From Lytechinus pictus (taxonomy: Eukaryota): a stretch of 64,000 nt of DNA. Below are positions 12,657-26,828 of this stretch, one piece after another; positions within the stretch are counted from its first letter, which is position 1; each line of letters begins with the position of its first letter. Below the pieces are notes generated by a model. It was not told the origin of the DNA, did not search any database, and saw only the letters and a list, made by a program, of their open reading frames with translations. The stretch lies in assembly GCF_037042905.1 (NCBI RefSeq), contig NC_087251.1, forward strand, positions 27,218,001 to 27,282,000, in the 5' to 3' direction. A program made the position numbers and the translations under genes.

Positions 12657-14243
12657 AAAAGATGACCTGTAATGTTGACGTCATTTTTTTTAAATCGAAT
12701 AATTGTGTATTACAGACTTGATTTTCACTAAGCTCTCTTTTTATGCTCTTTTCTTTCCCCTTTTCTTTCCTCACCACTCTCTCTTTTTTTTCACTACTAT
12801 ATAGAAATATCATATACGGGCTAGTCACCCCTGCACACTACCGCCCCTGGGATGCGACCAAAAACATTCAGAATCAAAGTTCATTGATTAAGATCCACAT
12901 TCCACATTATAAACTGGAAAATTCTTGATTTGACAACAAACAAACTATTAACCTATTCCACAAAGTGACCTAGTCGAAAACTTTCAATAAAATTAAAACA
13001 AAACAAAAACATGAATATTTCGATATATACCATTATCATACAAGAACAGCAATAGAGATAACACACATACACTTAAAATACTTAGATTATGTATAATGCA
13101 ATAATTGTTGTGTTTCATAATGATTAAAAGCATCATTAGTAATAATGAAATTTAATAAAAATAATAATAATCTTATAACCAAAAATGGTAACGGTATTGT
13201 CAATAAATGGCACCCCAAAAGAATAATACATATCATTAAAAGAACAAAATTTATTACATAGATTACAGAATATAACATATAAATGCAATGTTTCTTATTT
13301 ATCATATAGTAGAAATGACACATTTAGTCTTGCCTTTCTGTCATCAAATTAACAAAATAAAGTATTCTAATGTCAGCTTATTTTTAATATACAGGATAGA
13401 AAAATATTTTGTCAAAAATATTATATGAGGTAAATAAAAAAAAAATGTCAAATTGGTTGCCGAAAATAAACAAAGTTTGCAACAGATCGTTATCATTCTG
13501 GGAAGAGGAGATAGCAGGGTGGAAAATAAGAATGAATCATTCAAATTATTCAAACTTTTACTCTGGGTCTCTATGATTATGATAATTAAACGGCCGAATG
13601 CTGGCAATCATATTCAGTGTAACGAGGCCTTGGATGGACAACCTTGATTGCATTGTCCGGAACAGACAAGTAAGCAAGATTGAATATCACTTTCAAATCG
13701 TGGACATACAACAATGTACAAGTAATTATCGGTATTCATTGTCTTGTGGCGTACATGCAGTTAATTTTATGGTCATTACCATGAGAATATTACTATTACC
13801 TTGGATATATCTTCCGTTTATTATTGAAAGTGTGATATTGCATGTCAAACATATAGGGATAGGCTAATTTGACAAATTAATGTGTGAAACCATCAGCTGG
13901 CCTTGTAAATATTTCAGCCGGGGTTTATTACCATGGAAATAGCTTGCATTTATTATTGAAAGTGTAATATTCCATGTCCTAATTTGAAAAATAATAATGT
14001 GTGGGGGTGAAACCTTTGCTTTGTAAATATTTCATTCATATTGGCTACGCATGGAATTGTCGTTTCATCGTACTTCATTTAGCTATCAACAAAAAAGAAC
14101 ACAAAAAATAGTATTTTGGTTACCGTCTCCACCAACAACACATCCCTTTCTCTCTCTTTCTCTCCCTCATAATTAATAGACTGTCCCCTTCAAAAGAAAT
14201 GGCATATTGGCATACCGTTTGGAAATGTATTTTTTATTTATAT

Positions 14244-14745
14244 AGACCCCAACAAAATGTTGATTTGAATAAAAAGAGAAATCCAACAAGCATAACACTG
14301 AAAATTCGGATGTAAAATAAGAAAGTTACGAAAATTTAAAGTTTCGTTTATTTTTCACAAAACAGTTATATGCACAACTCAGTAATATGCAAATGAGGAA
14401 ACTGATGGCGTCACTCACTCACTATTTCTTTTGTATTTTATCATGTGAAATATGAAATATTATCATTTTCTCCCCCTTGTCATGAGAAATCGAGTTTAAT
14501 TCCTTCCTGAACATGTGGAATTGGTATTGTTTAACATTATGTGGTTCAGTCAAGTTTTAGATTATTGTCAATTCTGTAAAAATTGAAATATTGTATAATT
14601 CAAACAACAAAAAACATAAGAAATAGTGAGTGATGGACATCATCGACTCTCTCACTTGCATATCACTGAGTTGTGCATATAACTGTTTTGAGAAAAGTAA
14701 GCGAAACTTTAAAATGTCATAACTTTCTTATTTTACATTACATTA
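14244..14745. mobile_element. End-truncated copy of the palindromic TTAA (Kolobok-type) MITE also found at 33656-34256
   Basis: Long shared sequence (AATCCAA.AAGCATAACACTGAAAATT...CATCATCGACTCTCTCA.TTGCATATCACTGAGTTGTGCATATAACTGTTTTG) with internal inverted symmetry. Confidence 0.8.
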
Positions 14746-15291
14746 CATATTCGATATCACAGGATATTGGAAAAATGTTTGCTCCCTTGTTTCACTCACT
14801 TGCTAATATTCATTAATAGCGCTCTATGTTGAATATTTTGTCAGTATTCATTTTTGATCACGTGATTAAATAAATCAGAGTCTCACATCTTCTTTACCAC
14901 CTCTTTTGATTCTTTCTTAATGTTCTATTGTCTAATTTTCGTATCCCATCTCTTTCTCTTAATCGCAAATCTCTCGCTCTTTCTTTTTTCTCTCCGGCTC
15001 TTTCACTCCCTTTATTTCCCTATATCTCCCCCTTCCTCACTCGACTGAACCCCCTCCCATCCGCTCTTGCTTTAAACCAAGATCGCCATTTGCGGGATCA
15101 ATTGCAGTCCATGCAAACTGGAACCAGATTCAACAGTGGGATTCTTTGGATGCCTTCCGTTCGCACATCCTTGAAACACGGTTGCTAGGGGATGCTGGAT
15201 GCAGAAGAGGGGGGGGGGGGGATAAATGCTACGGTCACATCAGGGAAACCGTCTCCAGACTGACCGATGGTATGTCAATGGTAATAATGTA

Positions 15292-15980
15292 CACAGCAAA
15301 AACTGTGGTGTTAATCGGTGTACATAGAGGACCACACCAGTTATTTTACACCGGTGTTAAATTGACAATAGCGCGTTTTCGCCCAGCGTCGTACGACGTA
15401 GAACGTAAGGGTCGTGTGCAAAAATCGCCAACTTCCATGGAAACAGAGGCCCGAGCGTTCTTGAGCTCAAATCACGGACGGTTCTTCCGCAAATTAGCGG
15501 GCGTCTGCATTAGAACGTAGGATTTGTCAACAGCCGTCAACAGCCAATCAGATCGCTTGTAGAGTGTGCATTTGATGTGCTGCAGAAGTCGAATCAAATC
15601 GAGCGCGCGCCGACAGCCAGTTCATAGAGCGCGGGCGCGGGATTTTCCCTAGTAGTGGTGACGTCATGCAGTCTACGTACTTCCGGTCGATCCGGCCGCG
15701 TTCAGCGATTTGCGAAACTGCTTACAAGCGAGAGTTGAGCGCGACGGACGCACGAACCAAGAGATCGTTCTACGTCGTAGATAGCGTCGTACGACGCTGG
15801 GCGAAAACGCGCTAGTGTTAGTTTAACACCTATAGGTTTTATTACAACACCTTTGGTTGTTACATTAACACTCTTTGGTGTTATGTTCAATATCTAGGGT
15901 GTAATTTTAACACCTCAGGGGGTGGTCCTCTATTAACACCAACTGGTACTGTCAGTTTTAGCACCACAGTTTTTACAGTG
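15292..15980. mobile_element. CAC(A/T)G-terminal MITE with TA TSD (EnSpm/CACTA-like) containing a nested element
   Basis: TA|CACAGCAAAAACTGTGGTG.TAA ... TTAGCACCACAGTTTTTACAGTG|TA, with internal AACACC/GGTGTT subterminal repeats. Confidence 0.72.
15369..15813. mobile_element. Nested CpG-rich MITE with a 30-bp perfect TIR
   Basis: TAGCGCGTTTTCGCCCAGCGTCGTACGACG ... CGTCGTACGACGCTGGGCGAAAACGCGCTA. It interrupts the surrounding element. Confidence 0.8.
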
Positions 15981-16942
15981 TAATCGTCTTTGGTCGGTCT
16001 CGGGTCGGTTTCGTTAGAGTGTCTGCAGCATATTGTGATGCTGGCGGCCGGTAGCCATGTATAGTGGTTTGGGCATGCATTAATCCATAGGACATTTAAG
16101 AGTCGGGGATAGGGGTAATGGCTGCTCTCGTGGGCGGTGCCACTGAGGATATTTCAAATAGCGGAGATAGACGACCTTTGAGAATTTACATGACCCGAAC
16201 CTCAATTTTAGAACTCTAGACCTGAGAGAAGATGTCGCCTTTTACAGGACCATGGGACGATTTTGAAAGTGGGAGGGGTTGGGCTGAACCCGAACTGAAC
16301 ATTCATAATTACAATTTATTCCACTCATATATACACACAACACCGAGTTTCAAAAATAATCGCATTCAAGTGATATAATTTCATTAAAAATATTTGTGTA
16401 ATCTCCCATATTCTAGGTGCCCATCTGCCATGGAAATATACCGTACATCATAAAATCCACTTCAAACATTTTGGTTCTTTCCTCATTACCAGCCTTACTA
16501 TCTGCGGACAATAAAACCCTTTTTCATAATTCCAATTTCCTATTTACTTGTCCGTATATTGCATCGCATTGTGAAGTGAACAATACCCAATATATAAATT
16601 TTACTTGCTCGTGAATTATTTGCTTTTATCTGCCTCTGAAATTTGGCGGTGAGAGCGAGAGCAAGATCATGTTATTATATAGACCTATGCACACAAAAAA
16701 ACGATTAATCATTATTATAATAGCGATGGGTTCATAACCTGTGCACTCAAAACAATTGCACTTGCCAAATAGGGGAGCGGGCAGGAAGAACCCAACCTCC
16801 GTACCCCCAACAAAAATACGATTTTCCCCCAATCATTAATTTCAACATCTGACAATTTATCATTTTCACGTACCCAACTTTATTCGAAGAAATAAAACTA
16901 ACTCATTTAGAGGATCGCTAATTTAAAAATGTCAGATCTTTC

Positions 16943-17060
16943 CAGTAGCGGACCGTGACCCGGAGGAGACAAAGCATTGGAGGGGCACTGTATTGTTTGT
17001 CAACAATGCTGTGCCCCCCCCCCCAATGCTTTGTCTCCCCCGGGTCACGGTCCGCCACTG
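16943..17060. mobile_element. 118-bp palindromic hAT-type MITE
   Basis: CAG...CTG termini, near-complete fold-back, and a perfect 8-bp TSD GATCTTTC at 16935-16942 and 17061-17068. Confidence 0.88.
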
Positions 17061-18873
17061 GATCTTTCTTTACGAGCTAGCAAACGCCCCCAACCCCATC
17101 CCACCCTTTTTGGTATTGTATTGCAATTCGTAATCAATCACCGCGAGGCTGGTAGCAAAATGAAGAGCCGTTTAATTGGATGATATAGGTGGGATTATAA
17201 AGGGATTAATTTTGATTGATTATATGCTTCGCTATTTGATTTGGATTTAATCCATGTGATATACAGCTGCGTGAATGTGATATGTTGTCATGAACGCGAG
17301 AGACAGGTCATACCGTGCTTATAATACTGTAATATTAACTGCATTTAACACTCGACAACCCTATCAATGTTGCATTTTCAAGGTCTAAAATCAGTATAAT
17401 GGTATAATAGTTTCTGCATTCGCTCATTACTGTTACGATGCAGCAAGATGTACCGCATTAAGCAGTGACTTTGAATATATTATGTTCCAAGGTTATTGTT
17501 ATTGATTAATTGATAACACTCTTTGTTGGATGATAAGAAAATGTACGTCGACTTTTATTTCTACAGGGTTAATCTTAGAATATGAAAAATACTCAAAACA
17601 GATATACAAAAAAGTCATTAGCATGCAGAAATTTTCAGGTGAATCTTAGGAGTTGATATCCCATGATATTTCAAGATTTTTCATTTAATTTGCCCGTTAT
17701 GATTACTATTATGCAGCATTATGATATGGTGTTTTGATGCATAGGAATGGATGTAATTCGAGTTGTAAATGTTATGGAGTCAAAAGAGGGGATTGGGATT
17801 GGAAATATTGATGAACCGAAAGTTGTTGATGTTAAGTTTTTATGTTACGTTTAGAAACAACATGCGTCAAATTAAGTCATACAGTTAGGAAGTTTCTTTG
17901 GACCAAACAATAAGTTAACCTTGTAAAATTAATTTTTGATATTTTATCTATCCTTTAAGTTTTCCTATGTATTTTTGCTCGATTATTGTGGTAGGCTTTA
18001 TAGTCAAGTACAAATCAATTCTTAATCTTCTGCTGAAAATCCATATTTTATTATGATTTGATTCACGTGAATTCTGATTCGATTCTGTTTATAATAATGT
18101 ACATTTTACAATCTGAAAGTCATTATAATTAGTCTTCATCGTTTGTTAAAAAGCTTGATTAGTAAGATGGGAGAGACATTTTTTTTAAACGTTTCTAATT
18201 CGATTTTCCGTCCGCTAATTGCATATTATGAAAGTGACTACTGGAATTCGGCAGATGCCGACAATCTCCGAATTTGATGGCGGAAGGATACAAGAGAGAA
18301 GAGGGTGGAGTGACAGGGAAAAGAGAGAGACAGAGAGAGGGAGTGAGAAAAGGAAAAAGAGATGGGGTAGGGAGTTGCAGTAATTAGATGAAAAAAAATA
18401 ATAGTTTGAATGAAAGAAATGTTATTATTCGACCCCCCCCCCCTCGTCATTCACAGTCTGATTAACTTTTTGGAAATGAAACCGCCTCATATATAAACAA
18501 TCACGTGACATTAATGATTCAGTTTGAAATCCCCAAGTCTTGCACTGGCTCATTCCAGTTATTAAATTTTTACATGATTGGCAAGCATGTTCTCATGGCA
18601 GCTGAGCACACAATATTGAGCTTGCGTCGCATCATCGTGTAATCAGTCTTTCATGTCTAATTATTTCAGATTGACATAATATAACTAACGGGCGAGCTTG
18701 AGCGATTGAGGACAGAGAGAAAGGCAGAGAGTATTTGGAGTGGAAATTTTATTCCCTCTTTAGATACGTCGAAATAAGAATTTGATAATACAGTTTTTTC
18801 TGAGTTGTCCTCGTTGCTGTTAATCTTACTTTTATCTCAGTTCTGGTTTTTGTCTGTATCTTCTCTGTAACAG

Positions 18874-21800
18874 ATGTCGAAGAAAACCAGATTGCCTGCT
18901 CTGGACGGCAGCAAACGCGATGGGAAGTCATCGACCACGGGTACGGGAGCGCCAACGAAGCAGGGCAATAATAAACTGATTGATCCGTCGGATCCCCGGC
19001 GGGGACATATGAGCAAGATGAAATTTCCTAACATCAGTGATACTTATCAATATAGTCAACAGGTAAGCTCACGGACTGACCGGGGGGTTTTGTTTAAATA
19101 AAAGTTTGTAAACAACTAAGCATAAATAATTTAACTGTCTAAAATCTTTATTTAAAAAAACGCAAGAGTATTTTTTGTATTATCGTAGGCACGTATACTC
19201 TTGGTCTTAGAATTTTTTTCCTGACAGACAATGCTGAAAAAAAAAGAACTCGTATTCTTTACACGTTTTCATTGACATCGTCAATAGTTCATGAAATATG
19301 CTATAAAGTGTGAACAGAAATTGTATAGAACATAAAATCTAAATCACGTGGAAGTTACAAATTGATTCAGAAGCCACGCCCTCCAAATTGACGTTTAAGT
19401 TTGTTTATTTATGTTTGACAACAATAGAAAAAGAAACTTAAGAATCGAACATGCTAACACAATCTATTAATTAAAACTGAACTATACATGTACAGCGCGT
19501 CCCAAAAAAAATGTCCCTCTTATATGGGGCTAAATTACTTCAAAAAATTAAAAATGATTCTCCATGAAATGTATTTAACTAGGGAGCTCATCTCATGTTC
19601 TAACTTCTATAAAAAAAATTCAGCCCATTCCAAGTTTGCATGCATGCAGCACTACTGCATGTGTTCTGCACTTTCTAGCATATCAACCCCCTTTGACCAT
19701 TCTGACCAAGGAATTCCCTGATCTGACCAGGGAAATCTCCATGATCTAACCAGGCTCATCAAATCACAACTTTGACCATGTTTAGAAGGGCAAAAACAAT
19801 ATTTGACAGCTCATTTCATGTTTGAAAATGGGGGATGCACAATGATTAAGACATGGGTCATGTTTGTTTCATGCCTAATTCATGCCTAATACTGCATTTT
19901 TTTGTTTTTATTGTTTTTTTTAGTTAATAAGCTACTGTGGTCAAGTTAATTCAATGTACATGTAACTTTTTAAAAGAAAAAAAGTCAAATTTTTCTCTGG
20001 TAAAGTTCCTTTTTTGCAAAGGGTGTTTAACTTGCGGATTCCCCTTTATTTTTTAGCTTATTTTACTCATCCATCATTCACATTTTCTTTCAAGTTGGTG
20101 CACTGATTCCCCTTATCAATCATCAAAAAACTTTATTTTTTTATATTTCTTGCCCTTCTGAACATGCCCAAGTTTATAATTTGATGAGCCTGGATATGAT
20201 TAGGGAAATGTCCCTGCTCAGATCCTGGATGTAAAAATGGGGGTAAACATGCCATAGACAATGCAGATATGCATCAATGCTGCAAACTTGGAATGGGCTA
20301 AAATGCACCACTGTTACGTAACAGAGTGTGTATTCAAAACCGCTGAAGTGAGACCAATGAAATTTTCATAGAAGTTAGATCATGAAATGAGCTTTCTACT
20401 CATGAACATTTATTTGAGAATACTACCACATTTTAGAATTAATTCAGTCCTATGTCAGAGGGACATTTTTTTTGGGACGCGCTGTATAAGCACATGTTAC
20501 AACACCCTGACACTATATTTCCACTAAAGTGTTGTAACTATTTTACTTTACTATGGTTTACTTCAGCTCCTGGTGGATACTTGCATAGCGCTCCATGGAA
20601 TTATTCTCCAGGATCTGAGCATGGGTAAGCGGGAGCTCCTCAAGGATCCTTTCTTCATTCAAGGAAGATTCTATGAGACAATTACGTACATCATGAAACA
20701 ACAGGACAAAACATTAGACCAGGTACTGTAATATCTTTCTCATTCTCCATCTTTCTGTTTTGTTTTTGTTGATAAGTATGTGATTCGACTGGTCTGCAAA
20801 CTGATGCGGATGAATATTTTCACACATATAAGTGAGATGCGATGAATAGCAAGGAAAGGCCTATCATCAAGACGACCCTGCACATTGTGTGTGAGTGACG
20901 TTATATTAATACTGTTGTCTGATGGTTGGCTGAAAGTTTGATTGATCTTTTGAGTTGCGTTTGATTGAAACCCTTTCTGCAACGATCTCACGATTTCATC
21001 TCGCTTAGTCGCAGACCGGTCGGGGGCTTAAGTAGAAAAGTCGGAGAAAGGGGTACAAGAGAGTTGGGGGGGGGGGGTTACCTTGAATTAAGGAGGGGGT
21101 GTCTTTAACCTAACATTAAAACTATAAATTTCGTATTTCTTTCCCAGGTAATGATGGAGCACGAACATCCGAGGTTAAAATACCTTCGTGGTCGAGTCGT
21201 CATCCAACCCAAGATCGACATCGTCCTCGCCCGTCGGAAACCCGAACTCATCTTCGTCTCTTCGCTCATGCTCCGAAAGCGAACAGCCGGATACGAACCC
21301 GACTCGCGAAGCGTCCGGTCAGACATGGCTCGTCTGGCATATCTAGTCTTGGAGAGAGCCTTCTTATGGGGCTTCTATCTATGGATCGGACCGATAGAGG
21401 AATTAAGACATTTTGAAATGATCAATAGTTATTCGGCACTTTGTGAAGCCGATGGACAAAAGAAAAACTACATTGTCTTGCAAAAACATACCTTGGTCTT
21501 GCCTCGACTAGGTAAACCTATACCATCGACTTTCCAAACGACTCTCTTGTTGAACCGGATAGCACCGGATTTTTGTCTAAGGTTGTACCGGGTCGAACCC
21601 GAGATGACGATGTGGGATGACAAGGATGACGATGTTGCTAGGTAAATGCATGTTCTCATATCATGTACTTTCATTATGACTGTATTTGACTTTGCCTTGA
21701 AATTGTGGATTGAACAAATCAATTCATATTATGCAATAAATCAATTTTGGACAGGGGAACTACTGTTGTCAAGCAAAGAATTAGCCTCACAAAATTTAAT

Positions 21801-23011
21801 TTCTATCGAAATGTTTGCCAATTATTTTTTTGTGTGTGTGTGTTTGTGTAAAGATTTTCGGTTATTTTCGTTATATAATTGGGTATACTGAAAGCCCGAA
21901 TAATTTAGAACTTTTCAATTATCTTTGGAATTAAATTGATTCACCTTTTTATAGAAATCCTCATCACATCTCAATATCGGCACTTTCATTTAGTACAAAA
22001 ATTTACCATTTGGTGTGAATTTTCCCCAAATCAGGTTATACGATTTCTACAGCGGCAGTGGGAGCATTCACACAGGGCTTGGGATGTGGGGAATCAGTGA
22101 CCAAATCAAGAATGTGAGAACACAACTCATGAAAATCAGAGACTATGTCGAGGTAAGTAGACACAAAATCAAGGATATCTTGTCCATGGTTTCATATTTC
22201 GTTTTATTTGGTTTAACTTATTCATTACTTAAATAACTTATATGTGAATATATAAATACATCCATTGCCGGCGATGGGGGGGGGGGGGACAAGTCCCCTC
22301 GAATTTTAAATTGTGTACACCAGCCCATGGGTAAGGCTCGTCTTGTTCTCCCAATCCTCCCAGATAGACCAAAAAATCTTACAAAATTACAGCCTATGAT
22401 TTCATCAAACTTAATTTTTAGTATAAGAAATACACTTCTCAGTGCATTTCATTGTACAATGATCATAATATTCGATTCACATTCAATAGTACTGATGAAC
22501 TTTAAGTTTGCTCGTATAAAAAGAGTAAAATATCATCAATACATATGGATATAAATTTGTGGATGGCATTTTGGGTTGTTTATCACTTAAAAAAATAGGT
22601 CTAAAAGTACATGAAGAGAAATAAAGCTATATATTTTTCTCAGTCACTCCCATATAAACGTACAATTGTGTAAGAGATCACAAAAGTTTATTGATTTTTC
22701 CTGATATAAACTGTTTTATTTTAATGACAATTGCTTTGTCACATGCATTTCAATATGATAAGGATGAAAACAAATATTTTCTTTTTTTTCAGGCAAGTCT
22801 ATTTGACCGTGCTCGTGCGATGTTGATGATGGCTCGGGTGATGTTTACGGATCTCGTGGTTGTTAAGAATCTCGAACGGGACGAGATCGAGGAGACGAAC
22901 TATCTTAAACATCACATGGACGAGTTAAAATTGAGGATAGAGGAAGGTTTAAAACAAGGCGCCTGGGACTCCTCCACGGATGATGATATATACAGTGATG
23001 ATGGAAAATAA
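18874..23011 (+). CDS. Uncharacterised protein, paralogue A (391 aa, 5 coding exons); putative PD-(D/E)XK-like fold
   Basis: Exons 18874-19062, 20567-20722, 21148-21641, 22035-22152 and 22793-23011 are all GT-AG with compatible phases (0,0,2,0) and total 1176 nt with no internal stop. Gap-free alignment with paralogue B. AATAAA at 23146. The ATG sits right after an acceptor, so an upstream exon exists. Confidence 0.88.
19493..20484. mobile_element. Non-autonomous Tc1/mariner-type element in intron 1 of paralogue A
   Basis: TA|CAGCGCGTCCCAAAAAAAATGTCCCTCT ... AGAGGGACATTTTTTTTGGGACGCGCTG|TA, with extended imperfect internal symmetry. Confidence 0.85.
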
Positions 23012-24390
23012 CGAGACCATGCAGTTTCTTCGTTTGTGCCTGGTTGATCATTTTCTAAGCGCAATAATGTATCAAATAGTCTGATTCAAATTATAATTAT
23101 GGGGGTGACGAAGTTATGGCATCATCGATACACATTTAATTCATTAATAAACATTACCAAATCTCACCAATGCATCTGTTTGGCCTTGTAGTTTTGAGCA
23201 AAGGTTTTGAACCACCTCAAACGCATCTTATTATCTCAAAAGACGGCAGTGTGGTTGCAGTAATAAGCCTATTCTCATGATTGTTGAAATGGTTGAATAG
23301 TGAAATATATACAAGTAACCGGGCATCACAAGAGGACGGTCCAAGTGATGCATCTTTTAATACAGAGAAAATTAATGTAGGCGATGTTCAATTTTCTCTG
23401 ACGACATTGGATCTCGCGAAAATTCTGTATTGTATATGATTTCGAAGACCACCAACAACCGTTTGTCAACCTGAATGGAACATGTTAAACGTATACAAGG
23501 AACGTCTCCTCAACTTTAGTGAAACTGTTTGAGTATATTGTCTGTCGATTATTTGTTTAATATCAGAATCATTGACACATACAGCAACGTGTACATAATG
23601 GATACATGGTTGTAACGCTTGTCTTATAAAAAATTACATCTTTTCGTCAACCGTTAAAGTGCCAATGAAAGGATTACAATTAGATACATATGCTGCACAT
23701 AATTTTGTCAAATGCGAAATGATATGTTATGACATATTCATCTCCGTTTCAATTTGAAGTAATACATAATGGAAAGAGTAAAAATATAAAATATGCAAAT
23801 AATAAATAATAGTGTTTACCCGAAGGGCCTGTCTTTGAGATCCCATTTTGTTGGAAATTTTCGTCAACCTTTTCGTCAACCCCGAAGTGCTAGTTGACGG
23901 TGAAATGTCAAATGCTACGAACTTGTCTACGGTATATTTCTTTCCTTTTCAATCGAAAACAACGGAAGTTTACAAAATAAATTGGTACAATAGCAATGAA
24001 GTGAGAAGAATACAATAATGGAATATGCATAGTAAGTTTGACCAAGCCTATCCAATGGAGGGACATGTTGGACAGGCAGTACTTTTGGGGAAATACATTT
24101 TTGTTTCACTGTCGCTTTTATAGTGTTAATGCTCTTTTAAAACTATACTTCGGGTTGGAAAGTGAAAATTAAAAAGTGCCAAATCTGAAACTAAACCACG
24201 TTGTTTATGACTGATGTGTGGAAAGCAGGGGTGATAACACAAACAGGTATGCGATTGTAATCGAAAGAGAACAAGAACAATTTTAGTGTCATACGGTCAA
24301 TTACAATAGGGATTAATACATAGTATAGTACACACATTGACAAGAAGAAAAGCGTAGAAAATACACAAATATGCACCTAATTTGAATGAT

Positions 24391-24660
24391 CAAGATTCAA
24401 GATTTATTAAAAACATGTGATCGCAGCTTAAAAGCTGAATTGACAGATGTTTTACAGTTTAAAAAACAATGAACTTAACAAATAAGGAATATAACAAAAC
24501 AATCAAGAAATTTACAGAAATTACAATATAAATTCAAAATATTATGATATTCTCAAGGTAATAGCGGTAATGTACAGTGTAAGATAATAATTGAAAATCT
24601 ATGAGAAGATGCATATTAACTAAAGATTTGAAAGACCGTCTGAAAAGGTTGAGCTATCAT
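24391..24660 (-). mobile_element. Short 3' remnant of a CR1/L2-type LINE
   Basis: The minus strand ends AATAAATCTTGAATCTTG (short tandem tail), and upstream reads LNLFRRSFKSLV, resembling the SL..FK..LK terminus of CR1/L2 ORF2. Confidence 0.4.
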
Positions 24661-25821
24661 TACATATAGTAATGATTATTTGGCCGTCCCTAAATGTGAT
24701 AGTCTCGATTTTGATGCCGAGAAGATGAACATTACAAGAAATTTTTTTAAATTATCATACGAGACCTAAACAAAAATGAAACTCTTTTCTGCTAATGTAT
24801 TTTGGCAACAACAAAAAAATCTGCCGATGTGTGTATCAGTACCTTGATTTGTTTTTATAAACACATTTATTTTTGTTTTATCATCCTCATGCAAGCTCTT
24901 CATTGAAAGGACAAGAACATTACATTTAAAATGAAATTAAAATGTTCAACAAATATTTATAATTTTCATCTTTTCGTTTACTTTATATTACCTGATGTTT
25001 ACGGAGTGAGAGAAATTAATAGAATTCCATTTTGAAGTAAAAAGTGGCGTAGTTGCATTTATTATTGATAAAGGTGAAATAGTTTAAAATAACATGTTGT
25101 CATCTATTATAAGTCCATCATCGATGTATTATTACGGTGAAAGTGTTTTCTATATACTTGAAATGAAAGCAAACAAGGCTCAGTTGCATACGTGCTTTGA
25201 ACATGATATATACAATATATTCCATCATTATTTCGTTCGCGATCCGCAGTGAAAGCGCCAGATGAATGATTAATAATTTCCGTGTTTATCATTCGCTATA
25301 GAAACATCACGGTACAGTGATCCAAAATTAATTTTCTGCCTCATTTTGCATTCTCTCCCCAAACTGGGCATACGTAATTATAAGAATACCAACGTAGGCC
25401 TATGCAGGTGCACTCTAGTAGCAAACTTTAGTTGATTTAGGTTAATCAAATTTGGTGTTGACCAAACAACGGGATCATTCAAGAACGATAACGTGTGGTT
25501 AATTGTCAGTAACAACATATTTCATTTAGATGATTATGTTTACATCGGAAAAACTTTGAAGGTCAAATGAAAACCATGTACTGTTTGTAACGCTGAGAAG
25601 CGGATCCACGACGGAGCACGTGCCGCCCCTTTTACTCAAATTTAGTAGGCCTAGTAGTTCCCTCCCTTTGCGCCTAAAAGATTGAAGACCCTTTTCTGGT
25701 TAATTTTGATTGGATAGAAATTTGGATAAGAGATTCTGCAGTTATAAACTCCCCTCTATAAAAAAAAAAAAAGTGCTCGCCCACCACACCCTCTTAAAAA
25801 ATGACGCTAGACTTCAATACG

Positions 25822-26137
25822 CTGGCTCGTATTCTGAAGTCGGGTTTAACTTAAACCATGGTTTAAGTCTGGTCTCAAATTATGGGGAGCCCAAAAATCG
25901 AAAATTCTGCTTATATTGTCTATTTCTTATATTTACTATTCTGTTACTCTTTGCTTTTATAATGAAGAAAATATTTCAGTTATCATTCTGAGACATTTAT
26001 AAATGATTTGAGTGTCATAGGAGTTAATAAATCGAACATCTACTAATATAGACTTGTGCCCCAATTGGCTTTCCATTGTTAAACTACAACTTTAAACCAG
26101 GGTTTTATTTAAACCCGAGTTCAGAATACGGGCCCAT
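25822..26137. mobile_element. MITE (PIF/Harbinger-type)
   Basis: GGCTCGTATTCTGAAGTCGGGTTTAA ... TTAAACCCGAGTTCAGAATACGGGCC. Confidence 0.7.
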
Positions 26138-26587
26138 GAGGTTATTTCTTTCAAAGATCAGCTAATCTATTTGGGAAGGAAGGCCTGTGGGCCATGGTAA
26201 TTCAGTTTACCTTTTCAAAACCCAGGCAGCCCCTTCATCTCTATTCCAGGTCCTTTGTAATATGTCACCTATGTCCTATTGTTTGTGTGATTTGTATTGT
26301 ACTATAATTTATGTATTTTTAATTGCCGAATAAAATAATAATAATAATTATTATTATTCTTCGCTTTAGGTGGAAATAATTGTTGACGCGGTATTGAACG
26401 GAAAATTTAAACCATTATATGCAACATTTTAATCGCTATGTATTATATTCTTGTATTTTTTAAGCAGAGCAACATGATTCTGGAATGAATTGACTGTGAA
26501 CATGTTTATTATGTATGTTCTTGTATATGAAGAATAAATATATTTATCAAAATTCTTGATGTGATTTCGTGCTTGTCATTATTGATA

Positions 26588-26828
26588 CACTGCAAAAACT
26601 CCAGTGTTGATTTAACACCAGCCTGGAATCTATATATGTCCACACCAGACAGTGTTTAACAACACCAGTTTCGTTTTGGTCTAACACCAGAAAGGTGTTT
26701 ATACAACACCAATTAGTATTAAAACAGCATCGGATTGATTCCAAACTGGTGTTGTTTCAATACTTCTCTGGTGTGGACATATATAGATTCCGGGCTGGTG
26801 TTAAATCAACACCGGAGTTTTTGCAGTG
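26588..26828. mobile_element. CACTG-terminal MITE with TA TSD (EnSpm/CACTA-like), ~65-bp TIRs
   Basis: TA|CACTGCAAAAACTCCAGTGTTGATTTAACACCAGC..GGAATCTATATATGTCCACACCAGA is mirrored at the right end ...TTTTTGCAGTG|TA. Confidence 0.82.

Noticed and set aside
13770-14040. Imperfect ~130-bp local tandem duplication
   Set aside because: Two decayed copies only, with no structural or coding signal.
14928-15890. ORFs 15146-15520 and 15702-15890 sharing GVKLT.ARFRPASYD
   Set aside because: The shared peptide is just the two TIRs of nested MITEs read from opposite strands.
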